DNA of 64,000 nucleotides, taken from the human T2T-CHM13v2.0 reference genome, Homo sapiens. The stretch lies in the NCBI RefSeq assembly GCF_009914755.1, contig NC_060925.1. The stretch is one strand, 5' to 3'. The notes beneath the pieces are model-generated. The model was not told where the DNA came from. It was given only the letters and a program-made list of their open reading frames with translations, and did no database searches. The translations under genes and the position numbers were made by a program. Shown here piece by piece: positions 29,354 to 41,919 of this stretch (its first letter is position 1; the number at the start of each line of letters is the position of its first letter).

Positions 29354-29960
29354 TGTCTTACCTGGACTCCTTTGAAAATTGAGCTTGAGACAAGAGTTAA
29401 ATGCTAATGCTTTATTGGGAAAAGAATCCCAAGATGACTAGAGTAAGGGAAAGGAAAATGAGGCAGAGAAAAGTGGGAGGCAAATACAAGACAGTGTGTT
29501 ACCATGCTGACCATGGCTTCACAAAGATCCACAAAGAGACACAGTCCTGCCATCGTCAGCTGCATCCCTGCTTGGCCTGTGTGGCATTGTTTGTACAAAT
29601 GGTGTGGCAAAACTGCATCTAAACAGCCATCTGGGGAAGAAGTGAGATGACACTTGTATGCCATCTCTATTCCGTCTTCTGCTTGTTGTGGGTGAAAGTT
29701 TGCCCCCTGGAAGTTGTCTCCCCAACACTTAAGAAGTTGCATTAGTTTGTCCTTTGGCAGCTTTGGGGAAGCCAGATCCTACTCCATGTGGTGTGTATTT
29801 CTGGAATCTAAGTTTGGAAGTGATTGGAGGAACCAGGGACTCCAGAAATGTTACTTGTTTGGCCTCAGGTATAAAACCATGCAGCAGTCTCAAAGGTAGG
29901 TGTCAGGTCAGTGGCTGAGATGGAGGAAGTTGCTGAGGGTCTGAGAAGTAGGTGAGGTCA
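29354..29960 (-). mobile_element. ERVL LTR (LTR33/LTR16-like)
   Basis: TGTCTTACCTGGACTCC...CTTGAGACAAG...CTTTATTGGGAAAAGAATCCCAAG is the reverse of an ERVL LTR end. Right boundary uncertain. Confidence 0.55.
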
Positions 29961-30959
29961 AGAGAATATGTAAGGCCATAAGGTGTGTTTGACACAACAC
30001 AAGTGTATGTATCTAGACACAGCAATAACTATAGTAACAACATAATATATATTTTCAAATATCTGCGTTAATGGTGAAGACAGAGCTGTATATAAGCTTG
30101 TATAGAATACAAAATATATCAAGCTTTGGAATTTGTGTTTGTTATTATTGAGATCCAAGTAAAAGCCTAAATACAGAATAATAAAGATGTATTTAGAAGA
30201 CCTGGTTTAGGAAGCTAACGAAAGCTATCTTTACCTCCCTATTTTTGCCCTTGGGTTAACCACTTGCAGTAAAATAATGGTTTCCTGGAAATAGACAGGA
30301 TGGTCTTCCCCAAAATGCCAAGAATAAAATGCCTAGGATGAGATTTCTTCCCAGAGCAGAAGAAATAGATCTTTGGATTTCAAAGAGCTTCCCTCTAGGT
30401 TGCCTAGAGAATAAACAAAAAGAACCAAGGAACCAACCACGCAAGTGGAGAAGCTGAATCAATAAACTTAAAATTCAGAAAACTGCAATATAGATAACAG
30501 ACTTTTGGTATACAAGACCAAGAGTTGTGAATACTTAATTATAAATATATTTTCCAGATGCTATAGGAAGAGATCTATGTAGGAAAAAGTTTGCATTCTG
30601 GAAATTAAAACTGTAAGAGATCAAAATACAATTGTTAGACCAAAATAGTTATAAACAGAAATTTAATATGTGAGCAAATGTCAAAAGTAAGTTGATTTTA
30701 AAAATAAAGGGCAATTAGGTTTGGGGTGGAGTTCTGGAAGTACCCAACCAAGTTTCATATAGAGAATGGAAGAATGCAAACTCTTGAAATGCAAAAGGTT
30801 TGGGGAGATAAAAGTACTTTTAGAAGTCTTTAATTGTGTGTTTGGTACTCAAGAATGCTGCGATCACTGTTTTTATTTATTGATGTCAGTCCTAGTACAG
30901 GAATTTGGACAGCCAGTTTAAGGTAGATAGAGGTTGCCCCATGGAAATGAAACCTCTAC

Positions 30960-31250
30960 AGTCTGGAGTTCCAGACTGGTGGCCTATGGGGTAAATCATG
31001 CCTACAGGTGTTTTTCAAAGTGTTTTAAAAATCAGGAAATATTACATAAAATTTCAGGCTTCTTTAAAAAAATTTAAGAGCTGGCCATTCTATGCACTCA
31101 GTCCTTCAGGGAAACCACTGGCTGGAGTTGAGTAGTAGGAGTGCCTGTAATACAGTGCTCTCCAGTGACCTTATTCTCACCACTCTTTTATATTGAATCA
31201 AATCCATTCAATCATTCTTGTCTCCTGTAGGCAATTGATGTTGCGACTGC
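30960..31250. mobile_element. MER102-like hAT element
   Basis: CAGACTGGTGGCCTATGGG...GGAAACCACTGGCTGGAGTTGAGTAG. Confidence 0.6.
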
Positions 31251-31619
31251 TCTCCTACCCAAACAACCATCCTTCTTAAAATTATCCCAGAGAAGTGTCA
31301 TCTTTTAACTGCTTGTTAGTGTTTGTCAACTTTGGTTCCACCATTCTGAGTGGTTTTATTTGGCTCTAATTATATGTTCTTCATTGTGGTGTCTGGCCAT
31401 ATCTCTAACTCAGCTTCTGACACAGGTGTCATAGATTGGTGTTTTGTCTGTGCTTTCTTGGGACACATCCCACCCACTCCAACTTGGGGTTTGGTTTCTC
31501 TTTTCTGCCCTGGTACTGAAAGCTAACTCTAGTTTCACATGTTGAGGCATTTGATACTGTCCTGGGTCCATCCAACTGACTGAATATGACTCGCTTCCTA
31601 CCATCAACGTGCCTATGGT

Positions 31620-32108
31620 TAATTGGTTGCATGAATAGCTCCAACTTTCCATGCCTCCATATATGCCCACATCCCTTGGTAGTGAGTACCTTCCCACACT
31701 GACTCTGAGTTTGACCTTGTATCTTGCTTTGGCCAATATGACCTGAACAAATTGACCTAAACGCAGGCTTTAAAATGTGCTCATACATTTTCACTTCCCC
31801 TCTTGGCTCTGGTTGCCTTGAAATCATACTTAGGTTAAGAACATGCTTGGGCTTGCCTGTGCAAGGAAAATGAAAGACCTGTACTAGTGAGGCCACCTTA
31901 TATCAGCCTGCAGTCAGCTCAGTTTCATGTTAATGAGTTTGGCCAAGATCAGCAATCACCTACACAACCTGCAACTCACTGCCCGAATGAGCCCAGATGA
32001 GATCAGAATTGTCATGTTGACCTGTAGAATAGCGAACAACAATAAATGCCTACTGTTCTAAGCCATTCCATTTTGTAGTAGGTGTGTTTCATAGCAATAT
32101 CTGATACA
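31620..32108 (+). mobile_element. Old MaLR LTR (MLT1G/H/J-like)
   Basis: CTTGCTTTGGCCAAT, AATAAATGCCTACTGTTCTAAGCCA...CATAGCAATATCTGATACA. Confidence 0.7.
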
Positions 32109-33111
32109 GTGTCCCAATTAGTGAGATTTTGGTTATATTTATGACATAATTTTCTCATGAGAAATGAGCCTATTGGAAGAGCTTGTGCAGTTACACACTT
32201 AGCAATATGCCAAAAATAATTCTCATTATATTTTGAAGTCACCCAGAAGAAAAAGAACAGAAAATAATTGAAGGGTTGCTTTGGGGTAGGTTGTTTAGAT
32301 TCTGGAGAATGTAAACATGTCTCATCTAAAAACTGAACATATTCTGGGGACATTCAAACCCAATGTTTGTGTTGTAAGTGGCATTCCAAACCCATTTCCA
32401 CAAAGGTAGAAGGATTGTGGGCTGGCATATAGAAAATATTTCCAACAAACCATTGAATGTCCTGTTACTTCGAGGTCTTTATGTAGAAATGCAAATGGAA
32501 ATAAGTGCATTGGGGGACCTCAGAAGGTTTGGCAGTACATTCTAGATGCTTATCTGAGCCACACGAGTTAGGAATCTGGGATGGAAATCTCCTAAGAATA
32601 ACCATTCTCACGAAATTTCCAATCCCTCTTGTTTTTGGCAGAATTTAAAATTCCGTGGAAATGGCTCATGTCACAAGACTTCTGTGTGGTGCTGGCCAGC
32701 ACCAGGAAGGAGAGCAGCCCAGGAAAGGAAAACCAAACCAATGTGGCTGCATGTTTTCACGCCTTTGAAAAGGTTTGGGTTTGGCTCAAATGAAGAAAAA
32801 GCACTTGGGGTTTTTATTTTGTGCCAGTTTTTTCAAATACCATTTACCTGACTCATGAAGCTTTGAACATCAGGAAGAAACAAGGGAGTGAATAAATTTT
32901 CAATATTCTTGAGGTTCAAACATACTTGGAACAAGACTCCTTGCTGGGAGAAAGAACAGAATACCGTTGGAGCAAGATGTATTCATCCCCACCTTGCTGG
33001 GGGTCACAGTGACAATGCAATTTGTTTATCAGTCAACTCATTATGTACCAGAAATAGAGGTGAGATCAAGGTATACAAGACTTAGTTTTTCCCTTTAGAT
33101 AGATCACATGA

Positions 33112-33512
<401 letters not shown>

Positions 33513-34244
33513 TAGAATCCAGTAATGCACATTATTTGTGTTTTTGAGAATAATTTTGCCATTTCACTCATCTCACTATTGCATACGCTAACTCCGCGAC
33601 CTGTAATGTTCTATCACCTGTCCTCTGCTTGTAAAATTCCAGTTTCTCTCCCAAGTCCAGCTAAAACTCACCCTTAATCTTGCCAAATGTAATTAACTCC
33701 TCCCTCATCTTTGCTATTTCCCTACTTTGCACATATTTATATTATTGCATTTAACACACAACGTTGCATTCTTAACACAGTGCCTGGGGCATAGTAGATG
33801 TTTGATAAATAGAGATGGATTGTGCAATACACCACTACAAAACCTTTTCCCTTTTTGTAACACAGGAGCCCTCAATCAACATTAGCCTCATCCTTATCTC
33901 TCAACCAAATACTAATCTACCATTTGTCATTCCCGACATGACTGTTGTCTCAGCAGCTTCCACACACTTTCTCTGTCCTTCAAGTCCCTCTGTCAGCCTT
34001 CTCATGTACAAATATAAAAGGTCAACAAATGCTCATGGAATAGTACTTTTCCATCAGTTGGCCCAATTCTAAGGTGCTAATTTAAAGCGATCTTAACTTC
34101 CGGACTCTAGCACCATTTATAGCGCTGCATTACTTGATGTCTTATATTATGGTAATATTTGGATTTACAATACAGAAACTCCCATGAAGTTATAACAGGA
34201 GAAGGATAATTTGATTTAGTTTCTTTTTCAGGTTGCCAGTGACT

Positions 34245-34485
34245 GAGTACTTCAGATTATAGTGTGAGATAGTACTGATGAGGCAAAGGTCAGGGGTTCA
34301 CATCTCTGTCTGGTCCACATCATATTATTATTTTTCAATTCTCTTTCCATTCCTCTCAATCTCAGCCAAATTTCCTACAGATTAGTGCAATTGAGTAAAG
34401 GGATATCCAGAAAAGAGGGCATAGGAAGGGCCTAGTAAAAACTTATTACTGGAAAAAAACAGCTGACAGTTTATGTGCTATTGCT
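34245..34485 (+). mobile_element. Ancient tRNA-derived SINE (MamSINE1-like)
   Basis: GTACTGATGAGGCAAAGGTCAGGGGTTCACATCTCTGTCTGGTCCA resembles a tRNA-Ile 3' half, and downstream CTGGAAAAAAACAGCT resembles the MamSINE1 body. Confidence 0.5.
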
Positions 34486-34512
34486 GTGTGTGTGTGTGTG
34501 TGTGTGCGCGCA
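34485..34512. repeat. (TG)n microsatellite ending in GCGCGCAC
   Basis: Directly visible. Confidence 0.9.
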
Positions 34513-35239
34513 CATGAGTGTGTGCCCATGGGAGGGCCATTTTTTGCATGTGCACAAAAATAAGTGTCTGTTTCTCATATGATCTGAAAAGTATTCATTA
34601 TTTCAGTCAGATGGAAGGATTATGTTACTTGAACACTGGTATTTAATGTACATTATCACATTTATTACCATATCAAAACCAGATGTTTAAAATTGGGGCT
34701 AGAAATTCCATCATACAGATTGTGTTACTTCAGGACTACCCCACTACCTAATGTTCAGCTGTATTTTGTTATGGCTTTAATAGAGCAATAATGTGTTTCC
34801 ACAAGTCTTAGCCTGATATTAGATGACATGTGGGCTAAATTTGGTGGGTTCAGCAGACTGGTAGGGGGTTATACAAACCAGAGCAACAATAAGGAAATAT
34901 GTGAAAAATTATTGCTAATAGTCAAGGCCTCTCTCTCTCTCTGTTGCTCTCACTTTTGCTGTCTCTCCTTTTCTCTTCTCTTCTCTTTTATTCATTTTTC
35001 ACTCCTTAAGATTTGTTGTCATTTTTACTGTCTCCAAATGTCCCTTAAACTTCTTCCAGAGGCAGCATCTACCTCTAATTACTAACTTTCTTATCTCAGC
35101 AAAAACTATTTAAAACTTTCCTCTTATTTGACTTTTTTACATGGCTTCTACAATCATAAAACAAGCATGCTCAGAAATCTGATAACATTTCTGATTTAAG
35201 AAATTATTATCGATGCAATTTAGATAAGGTAAGATAAAA

Positions 35240-35922
35240 AATAAAAGCCTATATGGAACGCAGCCAACGATTCATCTGTTTGCATTAATAGGTTCCAGCA
35301 ATGGTTCTACAGGCACGGAAAGCCAAGCCGGTTTGCCACTGCACTTAGCAAGCACATGAGCTTAAAAATAAACTTTTGACAATGCAGATCTCTTTGTCCT
35401 TTTGGGAATGGAAAACATTATGTACTTCAAAGCATACTAAGCCTGATTTGAAAATATAGTTGGGATATTGTTACTGTGGCAGTTGGGAGGGTCTTTAGCC
35501 TTCACACAGTGCGTGGATGCTTCGTGTGTAAATGCTTGAGCCACAAACTTGTGAGAATAAGTGACGCTGGCAACTTTGATATGCTCATTCATAAGGAAGA
35601 AACTTCTGTCTTTTAAATTCTCTGGAACAACTGGGATATAGTTCCTCATTTTAATCAGGGAATTTCTTCCTGAACCAGACTGTAAAAACAGAGGATTTGA
35701 GTAGCACATTTCACTTGCATACAGCAGCGTTTGTTCGTTTTGAGTGTTTTTGTACAGGAAACTGATCTACAGGGTAACATTCACACACAAAAAGGAAACA
35801 GTATGGGACGATGGCTTGTTAGTACAAGTGACTCTGTTTTGGAAATTACGGACAAGAAACCTTGGAGGAAGAACGGCATTAAAGATCAAAAGCATGATGA
35901 CTCCTGATGAAAACATCACCAA
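35240..35922 (+). promoter_or_regulatory. KCNK2: Putative promoter and 5'UTR of the KCNK2 distal first exon (not a CpG island); TSS cannot be placed from sequence
   Basis: Repeat-free segment directly upstream of the exon with locally more CpGs than the flanks. Half-CRE TGACG near 35562, TTC-N4-GAA at 35618-35627, NF-kB-like GGGAATTTCT at 35658-35667. Confidence 0.6.
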
Positions 35923-35956
35923 ATGATGAACCCACGAGCAAAAAGGGATTTCTACT
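35923..35956 (+). CDS. KCNK2: Coding part of the distal alternative first exon of potassium channel TREK-1 (K2P2.1), isoform a N-terminus MMNPRAKRDFY(L); phase-1 junction, rest of gene outside the window
   Basis: ATG ATG AAC CCA CGA GCA AAA AGG GAT TTC TAC T followed by donor GTGAGT at 35957-35962. The peptide matches my recollection of isoform a (MMNPRAKRDFYLAAPDLLDPKS...). The terminal T plus an exon 2 starting TG gives Leu, consistent with the phase-1 junction of the canonical isoform. Confidence 0.9.
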
Positions 35957-36994
35957 GTGAGTATCTTTGCAATAATCAAGTACCTTATTTGTTTTCAAAT
36001 TTTCTAGAGTAGGCTGAGTAGATTTCCAAGCAAGTATTTGATGTAAGGAGTCTTCATTATATGAAAGTCTATAATTAAACTCATTGGGTGGTTCCAACAG
36101 AGGGTTAGTTGCTGGAATTTTTTCCATGACCTTGCAACACTGAAATAAATTGCACGTTAATTCGGTCATGTTTTATACAACAGGCATGTTACATCAGGCT
36201 TTTATTTGCGATGTGTTACTTCTGGCAATGTAAAAATTGATCAACATGTGTATCTATAAATTCCATTGCATTTAGATTCTGGTAATTTATGTTTACTTTG
36301 GTTTCATGCTGTGGTTAGTCCTGTCATCAATTTGTTCATATACAGATTTACACATATTATTTGTAGTTTACTTAGAATATTAGTTATTTCCTGAGGGAAT
36401 CTTATGTGTATATTGGGAAAAAGGTGGCTTAGAATCTTGGAAATGGGGAAGAAAAGGTACGATAGTTTAAACTAAATCTTGAGAACTAAGACCTAAGTTC
36501 TTTTTACATTTCCATAGTTTATTTAGCAAGTAGTTTTATTTGAAATTATTTAGATGTCTCTATGTGAGACTTCTCACTTCACAAGAATACTGTTGTGGTC
36601 TTAGAAATGTGAATAAAACTCATCAAAAGTATAATCCTATGTACATATTAAATGTAGCAAAGTCCATCTTTAGTGCCTGTCATATAGTATGTACTAAATA
36701 AATATTTTTTGAATGCTGAATAAATGCTGGTGTTGGGTAATAGGACACGTTTCCTGTTTGTATAGTAATCATTTTACAGCAGGGTTTAATTTTATGAATG
36801 TATCTTTCAGTGTGATTGAATTCTATTTAACAAGAACTATATAATAATGGCATTACATTGTGTCACTTTTTTTCCATAAGGAATTTCCTCAAAAATCAAA
36901 TTTCTGGCTAATTGCTATTCTTGGTTGTTTTTCTCTTGAAATACAGAAGAGTTTGTTCCACATTGGAAGGGTATCACTAAGTTTGGGGACCAAT

Positions 36995-36998
<4 letters not shown>

Positions 36999-37043
<45 letters not shown>

Positions 37044-37196
37044 ATATATATATGTGTGTGTGTATATATATATGTGTGTGTGTGTATATATATATGTGTG
37101 TATATATATATGTATATATATGTGTGTATATATGTATATATATGTGTATATATATGTGTATATATATATGTATGTATATATATATGTATGTGTGTG

Positions 37197-37240
<44 letters not shown>
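36999..37240. repeat. Compound (TA)n/(TG)n microsatellite, 242 bp
   Basis: (TA)17, mixed TA/TG core, (TA)21. Confidence 0.97.
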
Positions 37241-37242
<2 letters not shown>

Positions 37243-38464
37243 CTCATTTCCAATTAGTATGTAATGTCCAGGTTCTGTTTTGTGGCATTGGGACTTGGGA
37301 TCAGCACTTCTGGAGCCCCCTTTGCTGAGGGTTGATGGGTTGGACAAGACACTGGCCAAGTCCTCATGGGATGAAGACTACTTTTTAGGTTTAAGGGGCA
37401 TGAAAATAAACTCAGAGGTGAAGGTGAAGATCAAAAGGCTCTTGGAGTTAAATTGAGTAGCTCTTGGAGTCAAATTTCTAGAGTGGCAGAAGAGAAACAA
37501 GAGGTATGGAGAGAGCTGGAGAGGTTAGGTCAAGCTACAGATGCCATCTCCATCTTATCTTGTGCCAGCTAACACTGTTCTAGTGCTCTAATTTCTTCTC
37601 ATATCACTTAGTATAGACATGTGCTAAACTGAACACATGTCCTTCTGCTGCCACAAGTAGGAAACAAAAATGCTGTATATGTGATTTGATTGCATCTGAT
37701 TAGAAGTAGTGGTGAAATCCTTTGGGTAGAAACTGACCTCAACTTCAACTAAGCAACGGTTATCATTAAGGTAAACTACTTTTGTATAATCATCTATAGC
37801 ATTGGATATAAGCTTAACGTTGGATAAGCTTATATTATATAAATGTATATAACATCATATAAAACAATAGATAAATTTAAATTATCCCATCAACAGTTCT
37901 GTTCAGTCTATTACAGTAAATTAATCCAGGCAAATTGCAAATCTTTCAGAAGCAATTCTAATTAAAACAAGGCATTCTACAGGAATAGCTTGGAAGTTCT
38001 TTTAAGAATTAGGAAGTTGGTTGATAACCTGCATGAACACTTTTTCAGGCTAAAAGCATCTGGATTTATTATGCAAAATTCTGGGACCTTGACCAAGAAA
38101 TGACACAATATTACAGAAGTCCTAAGTCTTTTTTTTTTTTTTTTAAGGAAAAGGAAGCCATCTGATTATAATTTGAAAGCCAAGTAAGGTATGGTAGAAT
38201 GATTATGATTTTGAGGATTATCTTCAAAAGGAAACCTGTAGGTTTAGATCCTCCCACAAGCAGGATCAGGATGTAGTTATTGATGACAAATGATAACTTT
38301 AGTTTTTATGGCATGCTATATTTTTTTCTGGTTACTTGTTTGACATCAAAATTTCTATAGCCAGAGCCATCTAAAAATTTGTTGCACCAGGAGGAATGAG
38401 TTCCCTGCCACTAGTGAAATGTAGATGATGAGGCTCAGCAAGGAGGAAAAAACAAGTATTTTCA

Positions 38465-38660
38465 GTCAGTCAAATTAGTGATGGAATTCCAGACCCCCTA
38501 CTTATAAACAGAGTGACTTTGGGCAAATTACCTAACTACCAAGACTGTGGTTCCCCATATATAAAACAGGATTAATAGTTCTTCCCTCCTGTACTTTTTG
38601 TGAAGATTAAATGAGATAATTAATGTCAACTTTTTGGTAGATAGTAAGCATGCGATAAGA
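38465..38660 (+). mobile_element. MIR
   Basis: GTGACTTTGGGCAAATTACCTAAC...GTGAAGATTAAATGAGATAAT. Confidence 0.8.
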
Positions 38661-40865
38661 TGGTTAAACGACATGGGCTTTAGAGACCTTTCTAACTTTG
38701 AGGTCCTAGAAATTCTAGCTGTTTAAAGTAACCTAAATTCCTCCACTGTGCTCAATGCTATTCAAAGTTGCAACTCAATAGAAATATCTATTCTCCACCT
38801 AATAGATTTCTAATAGAAAATTGTAAAGCAAATCTACATGTGCAGTAAAAAAATGAGTAAGGGAATCAGAATGCATGCTTTTTTTTTAAAGAAAGTAATG
38901 TGTTCTGTTTGCTTTAGATGCTTTAGATGTGTAGGTGATCTAAATCAATTTGATTTGTCATTCTATAGTCCTTGATGATTAAGACGGTGGAAACACCAGA
39001 TTGGCCATTGCTAATTGATTTTCCCTTTCATCTTTGGTATATAACCATGTCTAATCATCTTAGAAAAGCCACTGTAGCCAACAAAGTCATTCTCAGAAGA
39101 AATGATTTTTTTTTGAAAGTTTAAGGGCTGAAACTGTTCATCTTTAAAATGTATCCTATAGTAGCTTTCTATGGTGTCTGCAAAAATCAGTATTAGGTGG
39201 GGAGTGTATTTTGATGATTTAGTTTATTGTGTCAATTTGTTCCAAACACATATGCAAAGCACTTGGGCAGAACCACCATTTTTATACTACTACTTAAACT
39301 GGCTTAAGCAATGTTTACACATCACAGATATGAAATGACAATCTAGCTGTTAGATTTGCTATCTGGAAAATTACTGTATTTGTGAGAGTGTCAGCAGCAG
39401 CTATTAAAGAAAATAATATCTTGCATAGATATAGTGCCATTTTCTTTACAAAACCATTTACATATATATATCATTTCATTTTATCTCACTTTGAAGTGGA
39501 GAGAGAAGCTATGTTTACTTCATTTGCTGCATAATGTGAATAATAAACCCAGAAATTAAGCAGAGTTGTCCAATGAAAATGGTTATGGAGTAATGAGACT
39601 TTGCATCTAGTATAATTTGTTTAATAGTCTTATGGCCATCTCTGATTTTTATCCAGAAATATATGATTCACCTGCTTCTCTAATGCTTTAATAGTGGTCT
39701 TAAACTTGAGAACTAATTAACTCTTACTTTGTATTGTGTCATCCACAGAGGCCCAACCAATCTGGCACAAAAAAAAGATATAGTATAATTGAGTACAGAC
39801 CCAATTAGGTGTGCAGAAAAACCTGAGTGTCTGGAATTCTCTGTCTTCTCTACTATAAGTATATCCCAGACACTTCAAGAGAATGAAGTTATTCATATTT
39901 ATTCACTTATATTTTTCATTTTACAAAGGAGTCAATTACAAATGTGCTCTTGGCTACCTTTTCTGGCTGCTGAGATAACATGGACTTGGACAACTGTATT
40001 TTATGTGTGTGTGTCTCAAATTAACAGTGACAACATCAGCTAAAACAATGCTTCACAGTTCCTCAAAAGCTGATAAACTACCTCTTAATAGGAATAGATT
40101 TTGAGGCTTGGGGCATAGTTACATCTGTTTATTTGAGTCTAGTAATCAGATGTCTTCCTTGGTATGAATAAGAGTTTCAGCCAGGTGCAAGAGAAAAACA
40201 TATAACTATGAAGCAGCAGGTCCAGATATTTTTCGCAAGTTAACCACCAGTTTATTTAGAAGAGAAGTGCTGAATTTTTTATATGAGTAGCTATGTATTT
40301 GCAATATTCTTTTAGTTCAGTTTTTAATTTTCTTTTCATTTAAAAGCTTAACATTACGCATTCTGTACAATGCTTCTGATTGGTGGCATTTCATGAGAAT
40401 GCAGTCTTAAAGAGGAAATCGTAGAATAGAGGGCTTCGATGCATTTTGAATTTCACTGAATGAATCTTAGAGAAGACCTTGCTCTGCATGTGCATAGCTC
40501 AGACTGTGTTATCCTTATTATTCCTCCCTCCTATGAGAGAAACAGACTCTAAGGTTAGACTAAGTGCAGCAGAGCTAATAGAGGTGCGATTACAAGTCAT
40601 TAAATACCATGACGCCAAAGTGTTTTGTTTCCATTAGGCTGCTTTTGTTCTTTTGAAACCCGAGGTAAGAGGTCAAGGTGAATTGAACTGCAATGTGTAA
40701 AAAGCAACCAGCAACTTTTCATACCTTGGCTTTCAAGAGTTCTGAGTAGTGTGAGCCTGAGTTCTCACTTCTTTTCCTTCATGTTTTTAAGGTTTGTTTT
40801 ATTTTTGAGAAGGGTATAGGAGCCTCACTCCCTCAGGGTAGGATTGTCTGCTCACAGGACACAGA

Positions 40866-40918
<53 letters not shown>

Positions 40919-40921
40919 TGT
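40866..40921. repeat. Poly-T followed by (TG)n
   Basis: Directly visible. Confidence 0.95.
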
Positions 40922-41313
40922 ATATAAACACATATATTTAAGTTACTTTATATTAACTAATATATATTATACATTACATAATATAAATAGAATAATAAAA
41001 TATACTTATATATAATATTGTATTAAATATATATTTAAGTTACTTTTAAATTTACATCAAGTAAAATTCACTATTTTTTGTGCGTATAGTTCTATGAGTT
41101 TTGATACAGAGTCTTGTAACCACAACCACAATCAAGATATAGAACGGTCCTTCACCCCAAAAATATTCCTTTGTGCTTCCCGTTTGTGGTCAAAACCTCC
41201 TCCATCTCAAACTCCTGGGACAACTTATTTGTTTTTTGTCTTTATAGTTTTACCTTTTCCAGAATTTTAGTATAAATGAAATCATACAGTTTACAATCTT
41301 TTGAGTCTGATTT

Positions 41314-41919
<606 letters not shown>

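Noticed and set aside
34270-34320. tRNA-like sequence as a tRNA gene
   Set aside because: Too degenerate for a cloverleaf; interpreted as a SINE head.
35744-35926. Track ORF of 60 aa as the gene product
   Set aside because: Non-AUG start and a different frame from KCNK2. Only its AUG-initiated tail is kept, as a uORF.
36860-37359. Five ORFs rich in Y/I/H/T/C/V/M
   Set aside because: Artefacts of the stop-free TA/TG microsatellite.
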